From Clostridia bacterium (GTDB lineage: Bacteria > Bacillota > Clostridia > TANB77 > CAG-508): 64,000 nucleotides of DNA. The first letter of the stretch is position 1. The number at the start of each line of letters is the position of its first letter. The stretch lies in the NCBI GenBank assembly GCA_017939755.1, contig JAGBAJ010000015.1:227-64226 (forward strand), written 5' to 3'. A program made the translations under genes and the position numbers. This document shows positions 47,112-57,732 of this stretch, piece after piece. Under the pieces are notes generated by a model, which did not search any database, was not told the DNA's origin, and saw nothing but the letters and a program-made list of their open reading frames with translations.

Positions 47112-48368
47112 ATGGGTTTAATTAAAGCAGCTGTGGGAGCCGTAGGCTCAACATTACATGATCAGTGGAAAGAGGCTATTAGATGCGAGGATATGGGAAA
47201 TGATATTCTAATGATTAAAAAAACAACACCAACAGGTGTTATATCAAATGGTAGTACAGTTATTGTTGCACCTGATCAATGTGCTATTATATATGATAAT
47301 GGTAGAATAGTTGACGCTACAGCAGAAGGTGGAGTGTATACATTTGACACATCATCATCACCATCTTTATTTGCAGGTCAATTTGGTGGAATGTTTAAAG
47401 AAATGTGGGAAAGATTCACATATAATGGAGCGACAGCCAAAGAGCAAGCAGTATACTTTATAAATATAAAAGAAATTATAAAAAATAAATTTGGTACACC
47501 AAATCCAGTAGTATTTAAAGATTGGGGACATCCAGTAATGAATCCAAGAACACAATCTTTAATGGCTATGAAAGTTGGAATTAGATGTTTTGGTACGTAT
47601 ACATTTAAAATTAATGATCCATTTTTATTCATGTCTCGAATTGCAGGTACAGCTACAGTATATAGAAAAGATGAGATTACAGAGCAAATGAGATCAGAAG
47701 TTATTGCTTCATTCTCAAACATAATGAATAGTTTAGGTGATCAAAGAGTTGAGGCTATGGACTTACCTCAAAAAACTGATGAAATTAAACAAATTATGGA
47801 CGAAAATGTATTTGATGAGCCAATTAGAAAAAGAGGTATTGCTCTTGAATCTTTTGCTGTAGAAAGTGTAACCTTTGATGAAAAATCTGAAGAGAAGATT
47901 GACACATATGAAATTGGTGGAGATGCATATACACAACAAGGTACATTAGTAAATTCATATGCAAATGCTGTAGAAGGTGCAGCTAAAAATTCAAATGGAG
48001 CTATGAATGGATTTATGGGAATAGGTATGATGAACATGGCTACAAATGGTATGGTAGGTGGAGCTACACAAGGACCATGGCAACAAGCTAATAATATGCC
48101 TCAATACCAAATGCCTAATCAAAATACTCCAGCTAAAGAATCTGCACAAGTGGATGCTTCAAATGAAGCGGTTGCTGAAGTAAAGACAGAATCTTCTGAT
48201 AATTCATGGGAATGTCCAAATTGTCACACAAAAACAAATGGAAATTTCTGCCCAGAGTGCGGAGCTAAGAAACCAGAAGCACCTGAGAAAAGATTCTGCT
48301 CTAATTGTGGAAATGAAGTTAAACCAGGAGCAAATTTCTGTTCAGAATGTGGAACAAAGGTAGAATAA
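47112..48368 (+). CDS. SPFH/band-7-like protein with C-terminal zinc ribbons
   Basis: MGLIKAA...DQWKE, NKFGTPNPV, WECPNC...FCPECG...FCSNCG...FCSECG. Confidence 0.85.
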   Translation: MGLIKAAVGAVGSTLHDQWKEAIRCEDMGNDILMIKKTTPTGVISNGSTVIVAPDQCAIIYDNGRIVDATAEGGVYTFDTSSSPSLFAGQFGGMFKEMWERFTYNGATAKEQAVYFINIKEIIKNKFGTPNPVVFKDWGHPVMNPRTQSLMAMKVGIRCFGTYTFKINDPFLFMSRIAGTATVYRKDEITEQMRSEVIASFSNIMNSLGDQRVEAMDLPQKTDEIKQIMDENVFDEPIRKRGIALESFAVESVTFDEKSEEKIDTYEIGGDAYTQQGTLVNSYANAVEGAAKNSNGAMNGFMGIGMMNMATNGMVGGATQGPWQQANNMPQYQMPNQNTPAKESAQVDASNEAVAEVKTESSDNSWECPNCHTKTNGNFCPECGAKKPEAPEKRFCSNCGNEVKPGANFCSECGTKVE

Positions 48369-48404
48369 TAAGGTAATAGTGAATAAACCTAGGTGTTTAT
48401 TCAC

Positions 48405-48570
48405 TTTTTTTATACATTAGGAAAGTCATGCTGACTTTTCCTAATGCATAAAAAAGCTTCGCAAAACAGATGCACATCGATTAGCCGTGCGTAACAATGT
48501 TAGCTACGGATAATACATGCGCCGAACAAATTTAATGAAAAATCCTTGATTTTTCCGATTTGTTCTATAA
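48405..48570. repeat. Terminator-docked structured repeat, most complete copy
   Basis: TTTTTTTATACATTAGGAAAGTCA/TGACTTTTCCTAATGCATAAAAAA, then AAAACAGATGCAC, then the CGAACAAAT...ATTTGTTCTATA hairpin. Confidence 0.8.
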
Positions 48571-48641
48571 AAATGTTGTCTTTTCAATAAAAAAATGATA
48601 TATTGTGTACATAATAATATATTAAATACTACGAAGGAAAT

Positions 48642-48790
48642 GTTGAAAATGATTACAATTTTGGCTGTATCAAATTTCATTAAAAATACAGTTGCATATA
48701 ATACGTATGTGCCCTTAATTTTTAAATGAAATTTTCCTTGCCAAAATTTAATTCTTTTTCGACTAGATTTATGCCTTGAGGAAGGAATGA
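48642..48790 (+). repeat. RBS-supplying leader repeat, diverged copy
   Basis: GTTGAAAA...ATTTTGGC...AAATTTCATT...GCCAAAAT...TTCTTTTTCGACTAGATTTATGCCTTGAGGAAGGAATGA. Confidence 0.65.
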
Positions 48791-48798
48791 GATTAAAT

Positions 48799-50313
48799 AT
48801 GAGTAGAGGTAAAAGATATAACGACGAACAAAAGTTAAATTTAAAAAAGGTATTTGCGGTAATAGTCACAATTGTAGTTATTGTAATGTTTGTTATAGGA
48901 ATTAAAAAACTTCTAAAAAAAGAAAATCCTATTACTGAGTACTTTACAGAAAATGCATATTTTACTATATATGAAAATGGAAAATGGGGAGTTGTTAACT
49001 CGAAAGGCGAAACAATTATAAATGCAGAATATAATGATATGATTGTTATACCAGATCCAAAAAGAGATGTTTTCATATGTACATATGAGGTAAATTATAG
49101 TGATGGAACATATAAAACAAAGGCTGTTAATGCCAATAATGCACAATTATATACAACATTCAATTCTGTAGAAACATTAAGTAATTATGATAAAAATAAC
49201 AATGTATGGAATGAAGAAAATGTACTTAAAGTTGAAAAAGACGGAAAGTTTGGACTAATAAACTTAGATGGTACTGAGCTTTTAGCCTGTACTTATGATA
49301 AAATTGATACTTTAAAAGGTGTAAAGAATAGTATAATAGTAGAAAAAGATGGTAAGATTGGACTTGTAAATAATCGTGGAGAAAGAATAATCGAAAACGA
49401 GTATTCAGAAGTATTAGCTCTTACAGAAGATTATACTAACGGATATATAGTTAAGAATACTGAAAATAAATATGGGATAATTTCAACCAATAAAGAAAAT
49501 GTTCTAGAGTGTAAATATGAGCAAATTAAGAACGTTTGCGGAAATAATATGTATGTTGTTAAAAATGACGGAAAATGGTTTATTGTAAACGCAGCTGGAG
49601 ATAAAAACATAGAGGTTACATACGAAGATATTACATACATTGGAACAGATTCATTTGTTGCAAAAGTTAATGGCAAATATGGTATATATGGCATAGATAA
49701 AAGTGAAAAAGTTAAACCAGAGTATGATTCCATAGTATATGCGTTTTCAACAAATTATATTGCTAAGAAAGATAATCAATATGGAATAATAAATGAATCA
49801 TCTGAAAATTCTATTCAATTTGAATATGCTGCATTAGAATTTAATAAAGATGCTGATTGTTTATATGGTAAAAAAGCAAATGATGACAAAACATATTTAA
49901 TTGATAGAAATTTGGAAGTTAAGGTGATTGCTAATAGTGTAGTTGTATACAATGGATTTATTAGAGCCAATGTTAATGGTGAGTACAAATTTTATAACTT
50001 AAAATTTGAAGAAAAATCTAATAGAGATGCATTTACAAATAATACATTGTATGTTGCTAAAAATGATGGAAAATATGGTCTAGTAAATAAAGATGGTACA
50101 TTGGTTGTACAATATCAATATGAAGATATTACAGAACAAAATGCTTATGGATATGTAGGTGTAAAAAAGGATGGAAAATGGGGAATAATAGATCAACATG
50201 GTAATGTAGTTGTAGAGCCAAAATATGAATTCTCAGATATTTCAAAAGTTACATTTATAGGAAAATGGCATTCTGTAGAGGAGGTAAATACAACATATTT
50301 AGTTTGCGAATAA
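48799..50313 (+). CDS. WG-repeat-containing membrane-anchored protein
   Basis: Repeated GKWG/GKYG/GKFG-x-I-N motifs after one TM helix. Confidence 0.85.
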   Translation: MSRGKRYNDEQKLNLKKVFAVIVTIVVIVMFVIGIKKLLKKENPITEYFTENAYFTIYENGKWGVVNSKGETIINAEYNDMIVIPDPKRDVFICTYEVNYSDGTYKTKAVNANNAQLYTTFNSVETLSNYDKNNNVWNEENVLKVEKDGKFGLINLDGTELLACTYDKIDTLKGVKNSIIVEKDGKIGLVNNRGERIIENEYSEVLALTEDYTNGYIVKNTENKYGIISTNKENVLECKYEQIKNVCGNNMYVVKNDGKWFIVNAAGDKNIEVTYEDITYIGTDSFVAKVNGKYGIYGIDKSEKVKPEYDSIVYAFSTNYIAKKDNQYGIINESSENSIQFEYAALEFNKDADCLYGKKANDDKTYLIDRNLEVKVIANSVVVYNGFIRANVNGEYKFYNLKFEEKSNRDAFTNNTLYVAKNDGKYGLVNKDGTLVVQYQYEDITEQNAYGYVGVKKDGKWGIIDQHGNVVVEPKYEFSDISKVTFIGKWHSVEEVNTTYLVCE

Positions 50314-50393
50314 AGTATTTAAATTATTTAAAAAAAAGCGGTCAATAGAGACCGTTTTTTGTATATAAAAATAAATAAAAAAGTTGGTGGAAA

Positions 50394-50765
50394 ATGGTGA
50401 ATTTAAATATCGGTAATGATATAATAGAAACGAAAAGAATAGAAAGATTGTGTAAGAAATTTTCAAAAAGATTTATGAATAGAGTGTATACCAATAAAGA
50501 AATTGAATATTGTGAGAGCAAAGGTGAAAATAAGTATCAAAGCTATGCTGCAAGATTTGCTGCTAAAGAAGCAATATTTAAGGCAATATCGAATCAATTG
50601 GACAATAAATATTCTATAGGATGGAAAGATATAGAAATAATAAATAATGAATATGGAAAACCATTTGCTAATATAAGAGGTGTAGATTTTATAAGTAACA
50701 TAGACATAAGTATGTCACATGTAAAAGAATATGCAATAGCTACAGCGTTAATTGTTTCAAAATAG
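50394..50765 (+). CDS. acpS: Holo-ACP synthase
   Basis: IGNDIIE, AARFAAKEA, GKP, ISMSH. Confidence 0.92.
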   Translation: MVNLNIGNDIIETKRIERLCKKFSKRFMNRVYTNKEIEYCESKGENKYQSYAARFAAKEAIFKAISNQLDNKYSIGWKDIEIINNEYGKPFANIRGVDFISNIDISMSHVKEYAIATALIVSK

Positions 50766-50774
50766 GAAGCTAGT

Positions 50775-50872
50775 GTGAAAGATAGTTGATTTTTGCATCG
50801 TTAAAATTCATTTGCCTCGCAAAAATGCAATTCTTTTTCACACTAGATTTGTGCTTAGAAGGAATGGAGGTT
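50775..50872 (+). repeat. RBS-supplying leader repeat, copy at tatD
   Basis: Near-identical to 21813-21960. Confidence 0.85.
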
Positions 50873-50875
50873 AAA

Positions 50876-51655
50876 ATGGAACTATTTGATTCCCATGCGC
50901 ATTATGATGACGAGAAGTTTAACGGAGATAGAGAAGAAGTAATAAGAGCAATATATAATTCAGGGGTCACAAAATTTGTTAGTGCTGGATATAGTTTAGA
51001 GTCTAGCAAAAAAGGAATTGAAATTGCTAATACATATGAATATATATATACAACTTGTGGAATATCACCAAATGATATTCCAGATACAATAGAAGAGGTG
51101 GATAGTCAACTAGCAGAGATAGAAAAGCTAGCATCAAATAATCCAAAAGTTGTTGCAATTGGAGAGATTGGATTTGACTATTACTGGAATAAAGAAAATA
51201 AAGAAATACAAAAATATGTTTTCGAAAAGCAAATTGAAATTGCTAACAGATTGAATCTACCAATAATGATTCATACAAGAGATGCAATTATGGATACAAT
51301 AGAAATAATAAAGAATACAGAGTTTGCTAAACCAGGAATTTTTCATTGTTGTCCACAAAACAAAGATTTAATAGAAGCTGGAGTAAAAAAGGGGTTTTAC
51401 ATATCATTTGCAGGTCCAATAACTTTTAAAAATTCAAAAAATGCAGATGAGATGATAAATCTTGTACCAATAAATCAAATTTTGATAGAGACAGATAGTC
51501 CGTATCTATCACCAGAGCCAAACAGAGGAAAAAGAAATGATTCCAGAAATGTAAAATATGTGGCAGAAAAAATTGCTAATAGCAGAAATATGAATGTAGA
51601 AGATATTGCAAAAATAACATACGAGAATGCAAAAAAAGTTTTTAACATTAATTAG
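50876..51655 (+). CDS. tatD: TatD family DNase
   Basis: FDSHAH, IGEIGFD, IHTRDA, ETDSPYL. Confidence 0.9.
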   Translation: MELFDSHAHYDDEKFNGDREEVIRAIYNSGVTKFVSAGYSLESSKKGIEIANTYEYIYTTCGISPNDIPDTIEEVDSQLAEIEKLASNNPKVVAIGEIGFDYYWNKENKEIQKYVFEKQIEIANRLNLPIMIHTRDAIMDTIEIIKNTEFAKPGIFHCCPQNKDLIEAGVKKGFYISFAGPITFKNSKNADEMINLVPINQILIETDSPYLSPEPNRGKRNDSRNVKYVAEKIANSRNMNVEDIAKITYENAKKVFNIN

Positions 51656-51738
51656 GAATAATATCCCAAATTTAGAATATAATTTATAGTAAATAGAATG
51701 GTATAATAGTTAGTAAAAAAACGCAGTATTACGTAAAT

Positions 51739-51767
51739 TTGACAAATTAAATTAAAAGTGATATAAT
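51739..51767 (+). promoter_or_regulatory. Sigma-A promoter
   Basis: TTGACA-17 bp-TATAAT with TG extension. Confidence 0.8.
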
Positions 51768-51803
51768 GTGGACGTTGCTAAAAAAGGAGGGAACAAATTT
51801 CTT

Positions 51804-52799
51804 ATGAAGAAAGATGATAAAGCTTCGATATCATTACGAAAAGTGATATCAATTAGCATAATTCTATTATTCATTATGGGAATAGGAGTTATGGCAGCAG
51901 GATCAAACCTAACCAGCGTAAAAATTATAATGGCTGACGGTTATGAAATGGATGTATTAACATCAAAAACAAAAATATCTGAAATTTTAGAGGAAAATAA
52001 GGTATTGGTATTGCCAACAGAAAAGGTAATTCCTGATATTAACGAAGAAATATCAGATAACCATACAATAAAAATAACATTAAAAGGAAATAATTCTGAA
52101 GTTGTTACAGTAGCATCAGAAGAGCTATCAATTGAAGATGTTATGTCCGAGTATAGTTCAGTAACAGAAAAAGTATTAAAAGAGCAAGTCACTGTATCAT
52201 ACGAAACAGAAACAAAGGATTTATCTACAGGAAGTGGAGAAAAAATAGAAAAAGTAACTCAAAACGGTGTAGATGGATTAAAAGAAATTTCATATAAAGT
52301 AAAGTATGAAAATGGTGAGGAAAAAGAAAGAGTTCAGATATCAGAAACTCTAGTTAAAGAGCCAGTAAATTGTATAAAAAAAATTAGAAATAAACCAGTA
52401 CCAGTTGTAACTTCAAGAAGCTCTGCATCTGTTACACCAAGTTCAGCAGAAGTTAGTGCAGGAGCAGGTCTTGCTGCAAGAGCACAAGGAATGAGACAAA
52501 GTGTTGGTACATTTAATACATCTGCATATTGTGCAGCATCATGTGGTGGAAATAACAGAACAGCAACAGGAGCTATAGCTAGAGCAAATTACACAGTGGC
52601 ATCAGATCCAAGATATTATCCAATGGGAACAATATTCTACATTCCATATTTTGCTAATTATCCAAATGGTGGATGGTTTGTAGCACAGGATACGGGTGGA
52701 GCAATTAAAGGAAATAAACTAGATGTATATATGAATTCAATGTCAGAGTGTACAAATTTTGGTAGAAGAAACTTAGAAGTATATGTATATATGCCTTAA
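51804..52799 (+). CDS. G5 + 3D domain cell-wall protein (YabE-like)
   Basis: QNGVDG G5 segment; TATG, VASDP and QDTGGAIKGNKLDVY 3D motifs; follows tatD. Confidence 0.88.
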   Translation: MKKDDKASISLRKVISISIILLFIMGIGVMAAGSNLTSVKIIMADGYEMDVLTSKTKISEILEENKVLVLPTEKVIPDINEEISDNHTIKITLKGNNSEVVTVASEELSIEDVMSEYSSVTEKVLKEQVTVSYETETKDLSTGSGEKIEKVTQNGVDGLKEISYKVKYENGEEKERVQISETLVKEPVNCIKKIRNKPVPVVTSRSSASVTPSSAEVSAGAGLAARAQGMRQSVGTFNTSAYCAASCGGNNRTATGAIARANYTVASDPRYYPMGTIFYIPYFANYPNGGWFVAQDTGGAIKGNKLDVYMNSMSECTNFGRRNLEVYVYMP

Positions 52800-52805
52800 T
52801 TAAAT

Positions 52806-52848
52806 AACAATAAAAATACCTAGCGATTAGCTAGGTATTTTTATTGTT
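52806..52848. terminator. Bidirectional terminator
   Basis: AACAATAAAAATACCTAGC / GCTAGGTATTTTTATTGTT. Confidence 0.8.
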
Positions 52849-52857
52849 ATTTATGTA

Positions 52858-53117
52858 TTATTTTAATTTTGATTTCTTTTTAAAGATAATTGCACAAACT
52901 ACTAATACTGTAATTATGCTTGCAATTATTATTAATTGTACATCTCCTGTATTAGGTAATATAGGTGGTTTCTGCTCATTTTTTGAATTATTTTCAGATG
53001 AAGATTCTTCTGGTAAATCCCACTTAAATTGACTATCGTAATAACTGAATAGGTTTATTCCAACTGTGTCGTCAACTAGGCCATAATACAAGTTAACATC
53101 TTCTACATGCTTTTCAT
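52858..53117 (-). pseudogene. Remnant of an LPXTG-anchored protein
   Basis: LPNTG + TM + KKKSK tail is intact, but the AGGAG-ATG at 53117 is out of frame (MKSM*) and there is no signal peptide. Confidence 0.55.
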
Positions 53118-53360
53118 AAATATAACTCCTTTTCTTTTGATTTATACATATATGATATCTATATATGTACAAATAGTAAGAAATTAATAATTTGTTAAAA
53201 ATGTAATATATGAATTTTAAATTAAGACAAGGTATTTTATTTTTGATTGTATACTATTAAAGTGTAACAACTAGCTATTGTTATGATATAAAATTCCTTG
53301 TAAACAGAGCTCTATTGTGATAAGATAAACTTAATATTATAACGAATAAGGACGGATTTT

Positions 53361-54248
53361 ATGAAAGAGCAAAATTTAATTATTGATAAAGTAGATGCTT
53401 TTACTTTAAGAGATATATTTGATTGCGGACAATGCTTTAGATGGAACATGGAGCAAAATGGTAGTTATACTGGTATAGTGAAAAATGGTGTACTAAATGT
53501 TAATTGTGATGATAATAAAATATACTTTAATGGAATTTTAGATTGCGACATACAAGATTTTGTATATAAATATTTTGATCTTGAGAGAAATTATAATGAT
53601 ATAAAAAAAACTTTTGCTAAAATTGATGAGTATATGAAAGAAAGTGTCAAGTATGGAGAGGGAATTAGAATATTAAATCAGGATTTATGGGAAACAATAA
53701 TTTCGTACATTATTTCAGCGAATAACAATATCCCTCGTATAAAGGGAATTATAGAGAGACTATCAGCCAAATATGGAACGAAGGTAATATTTAATAATAA
53801 AGAATATTACTTATTTCCAACACCATACCAGTTAAAAGATGTTACTGTATCTGAATACAGAGCTTTGGGTTTAGGATTTAGAGATATCAGATTATACGAA
53901 ACTACTCAAATGATTTTAAATAAAGAATTTAATTTAGACGATGTATATAAAATGGATACGCCTACAGCCAAGGAAAATTTAGAGAAATTATCTGGAGTGG
54001 GCTCTAAAGTAGCTGATTGCATATTGTTATTTTCTGATTTAAAAAGATTTGACAGCTTCCCCATTGATGTATGGGTTAGAAGAGTTATGAATGATTTATA
54101 TGTAAAAAGTGAAGATGAAAAGAAGGTTAGCAATAAAGTTATAAATGAAATTGCCTATAATAAATTTGGGGATTTAGCAGGTTTGGCTCAGCAGTATTTA
54201 TACCATTGGCGAAGAACATTTGAAAACCAAAGCAACAAAAAAATATAA
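53361..54248 (+). CDS. 8-oxoguanine DNA glycosylase (OGG1-like)
   Basis: CGQCFRW, ISANNNIPRI, HhH GVGSKVADC, FPIDVW, GLAQQYL. Confidence 0.92.
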   Translation: MKEQNLIIDKVDAFTLRDIFDCGQCFRWNMEQNGSYTGIVKNGVLNVNCDDNKIYFNGILDCDIQDFVYKYFDLERNYNDIKKTFAKIDEYMKESVKYGEGIRILNQDLWETIISYIISANNNIPRIKGIIERLSAKYGTKVIFNNKEYYLFPTPYQLKDVTVSEYRALGLGFRDIRLYETTQMILNKEFNLDDVYKMDTPTAKENLEKLSGVGSKVADCILLFSDLKRFDSFPIDVWVRRVMNDLYVKSEDEKKVSNKVINEIAYNKFGDLAGLAQQYLYHWRRTFENQSNKKI

Positions 54249-54325
54249 ATCTAAAGTTTTATAGTATATAATAAATTGAGTAATTTTAAATAATAATAAA
54301 AATAATTATAGAAAGGTACGTTAAC

Positions 54326-57300
54326 ATGGGATTAAGACTTGTTTATGGTAAATCTGGAACAGGAAAGAGCACATATATTTTTAACGAAATAAAAGATAAA
54401 ATTAGGGGAGATAATAAAATTTACATAATTACTCCAGAGCAATTTTCTTTTACTGCTGAACGAGAATTGCTAGATACTATTGGAACTGGAGCTGCATTAA
54501 ATGCAGAAGTTTTAACATTTAATCGTATGGCATACAGAGTTATGAGTGAAGTTGGAGGCAACACTAAAACGGCTCTTTCTTCATGTGGTAAAGCTATGCT
54601 AATTTATAATATTTTGCTAAACGAAAAATGCAATTTGAACTTCCTTGGAAAATCTGATGAGAATATTGATTTAATTTCTACTCAAATTACAGAGTTTAAG
54701 AAACACGGAGTTGGAATTGATAATTTAGATGAAATTATTGATAAAACATCAGATAAGTATTTAAAGGCAAAAATGAATGATATGAGGATTGTCTATGATA
54801 AATTTGAGGAGAAAATCAAAAATAGATACATAGATGAAAATGATGTTTTAACAATTTTGGCGGAACAGTTGCCTCAAACAAAAATCTTTGAGAATACATT
54901 GATTTATATTGACGAGTTTGTTGGTTTTACAAAACAAGAATATGATGTAATTGCTATTTTATTAAATCAAGCAAAACAAGTCTCTATCAATATTTGTACA
55001 GATTCGTTGGAGATTAGTACATCACCAGATACAGATATTTTTTATGCAAATAAGCAAACAGTCCAGAAGATTTTTGATGTAGCAAATTCTGTAGGTGTAA
55101 AGCAAGAAAGGCATATTTGCATGGAGAATGTTGTTAGATTTAAAAATGAAGAGCTTATGTATATAGAAAAAAATTTGTATGCTGTTCCTTATAAAAAGTA
55201 TAACGCAGAAAGTTTAAATAACATTAGTTTATTTTTGGCAAATAATCCATACTCAGAAATTGAAAATATTGCTGTAAATATTGTAAAGCTCGTAAAAGAG
55301 CAGGGTTATAGATATAAGGATATTTCTATAATTACAAAAAATCTAGATACATATTCTAATTTGTGTAAAGTTATTTTTAATAAATATCAAATACCTGTTT
55401 TTATAGATGAAAAAAAGGACTTAAGCCAAAATATTATTGTTAAATATTTACTTTCTATTTTAGAAATTTTTGCAAAAAATTGGTCATATGAATCTGTTTT
55501 TAACTATATAAAAACTGGTTTTTTAGATATTACCCCAGAGGAACTATATGGACTCGAAAATTATTGTTTAAAATGGGGAGTAAAATATAGCAAATGGTAT
55601 AAAGGAGAATGGAATTTCCATGATGAAGATGATTTAAATCACGATAAGATTGCAAGATATAAAGAGCTTAGAAAGATTATCGTTGATCCACTTATTAAAT
55701 TTAAAAATAGTTTAGGTGGAACAAACTCGGCAAAAGAAATTACAACCAGGTTATATAAATTCTTAATTGAAAATGGTATAGACCAAAGGTTAAAGGCAAA
55801 AGCAGAAGAGCTTGTTGGTATTGGAAAAACAGAAATTGCTAGCGAATATGAATCAAGTTGGAAGGTAGTTGTAAAAGTTCTTGATGAAATAGTATTGGTA
55901 TTTGGTGATGAAAAGATTACGTTTGATAGATATATGCAAATTCTTAAGACTGGACTAGGTAATAGCGATTTGGGTAAAATTCCCGGAACCCAGGATCAAG
56001 TTATTATGGGAGATATTGATAGATCTAGAAGCCATAAAATTAGAGCAGTGTTTATTATTGGCTTAAACGATGGTGTGTTTCCTAGTGTTAATAAAAATGA
56101 AGGATATTTTAATGATACAGATAGAGAGCATTTGAAAGAGCAAGGAGTTGAACTTGCAAAAGGAACAATTGAGAGAATGTATGAAGATAATTTCAATATC
56201 TATAAGGCTTTTACTGCCGCAAGTGAAAATATTAACTTATCATACTCATCATCTAGCTCTGATGGAAAAACTTTAAGGGCATCAATGCTTGTATCTAAGA
56301 TAAAAAAGATTTTCCCGGCGATAAAGGAAAGTAGTGACATTATTAAAAAAAGCTCTGAAATGATAACTGAAAATACTACATTTGATGAACTACTTAATCA
56401 AATTAGAGCTTATAGAGACGAGGATATAGATCTATCAGATGAATGGCTTGCAGCGTACAATTACTATATATCTGATGAAAAATGGAAATATAAGCTTACA
56501 AGTAGCCTAAGGGCTCTTAGTTATACAAATGTTCCTGATAAAATTAACAAAGATAACGTTGAAAATTTATATGGAAAGACATTAAAAACGAGTATATCAA
56601 GGCTTGAACAATATAAATCTTGCCCATTTTCATACTACTTAAAATATGGATTAAATTTATCGGAAAAAGACACTCTACAAGTTAATAGCATAGATACAGG
56701 TACTTTTATGCATGACACAATTGATACATTTTTTTATAGAGCCAGAGAGCGAAACCTTAATATTAAAAATCTAACAGAGGAAGATATAAATGAAATTATC
56801 GAGGAAATTATTACAGAGAAACTTGGATTAAATAAAAACTTTATTTTTTTGGCGACTCCAAAGTACAAGGTTTTAGCTGCTAGATTGGAACGTGTTATTA
56901 AAAGGTCAATGAAGTATATTATTGATAGTTTAAAATATAGTGATTTTGAAGTTTTAGGTAATGAGGTAGAATTTAAAGATGGAAAACAATATAAGCCAAT
57001 TGTTCTAGATTTAAATGATGGTAAAAAAGTAGAAATTACTGGAAAAATAGATAGAATAGATATTGCTAAAGATGGTAATAACAAATATATTAGAATTATT
57101 GACTACAAGTCATCTTATAAAAATATAGAATTGAATTCGGTTTATGCAGGACTGCAAATTCAGTTACTAACATACCTTGATGCAGTTTGTAAGGAGGAAA
57201 GCGTTGACCCAGCTGGGGTTTTATATTTTAATTTGATAGATCCTATTATTAAGTCCAAGAAAAATATGACAGAAGAAGAAATTGAAAATGAAATTAGAAA

Positions 57301-57694
57301 AAAATTTAAGATGCAAGGTTTAATTCTTGCAGATGTAAACGTTGTAAAAATGATGGATACTACATTAGAAAAAGGTGCATCTTCAATGATACCGGCATAT
57401 ATAGGTAAAGATGGAGATTTAAGTCAAACAAAAACTTCAGGGGTTTCAAGGAAGCAATTTGAATATTTACAAAAATATATGAATAAAATAATTAAACAAA
57501 TATCAGAGGAGATTATGTCTGGAAATATAGACATAAATCCATATTATAAAAAGAAAAAAACTCCATGTGAGTATTGTGAATATAAAGCAATTTGTGGGTT
57601 TGACACAGCAAACTCAAACAATAAATATAACTATATAGGTGAAATGGAGAAAAATGCTGTGTTAGAAATGATAAGAGCAGATGTAGAAGAATAG
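54326..57694 (+). CDS. addB: ATP-dependent helicase/nuclease subunit B
   Basis: GKSGTGKS, PEQFSF, SISRLEQYKSCPF, GKIDRID, IIDYKS, CEYCEYKAIC. Confidence 0.95.
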   Translation: MGLRLVYGKSGTGKSTYIFNEIKDKIRGDNKIYIITPEQFSFTAERELLDTIGTGAALNAEVLTFNRMAYRVMSEVGGNTKTALSSCGKAMLIYNILLNEKCNLNFLGKSDENIDLISTQITEFKKHGVGIDNLDEIIDKTSDKYLKAKMNDMRIVYDKFEEKIKNRYIDENDVLTILAEQLPQTKIFENTLIYIDEFVGFTKQEYDVIAILLNQAKQVSINICTDSLEISTSPDTDIFYANKQTVQKIFDVANSVGVKQERHICMENVVRFKNEELMYIEKNLYAVPYKKYNAESLNNISLFLANNPYSEIENIAVNIVKLVKEQGYRYKDISIITKNLDTYSNLCKVIFNKYQIPVFIDEKKDLSQNIIVKYLLSILEIFAKNWSYESVFNYIKTGFLDITPEELYGLENYCLKWGVKYSKWYKGEWNFHDEDDLNHDKIARYKELRKIIVDPLIKFKNSLGGTNSAKEITTRLYKFLIENGIDQRLKAKAEELVGIGKTEIASEYESSWKVVVKVLDEIVLVFGDEKITFDRYMQILKTGLGNSDLGKIPGTQDQVIMGDIDRSRSHKIRAVFIIGLNDGVFPSVNKNEGYFNDTDREHLKEQGVELAKGTIERMYEDNFNIYKAFTAASENINLSYSSSSSDGKTLRASMLVSKIKKIFPAIKESSDIIKKSSEMITENTTFDELLNQIRAYRDEDIDLSDEWLAAYNYYISDEKWKYKLTSSLRALSYTNVPDKINKDNVENLYGKTLKTSISRLEQYKSCPFSYYLKYGLNLSEKDTLQVNSIDTGTFMHDTIDTFFYRARERNLNIKNLTEEDINEIIEEIITEKLGLNKNFIFLATPKYKVLAARLERVIKRSMKYIIDSLKYSDFEVLGNEVEFKDGKQYKPIVLDLNDGKKVEITGKIDRIDIAKDGNNKYIRIIDYKSSYKNIELNSVYAGLQIQLLTYLDAVCKEESVDPAGVLYFNLIDPIIKSKKNMTEEEIENEIRKKFKMQGLILADVNVVKMMDTTLEKGASSMIPAYIGKDGDLSQTKTSGVSRKQFEYLQKYMNKIIKQISEEIMSGNIDINPYYKKKKTPCEYCEYKAICGFDTANSNNKYNYIGEMEKNAVLEMIRADVEE

Positions 57695-57732
57695 AATATA
57701 CGAATTTGTACTTAGAAGGAATGGAGGTTAAC

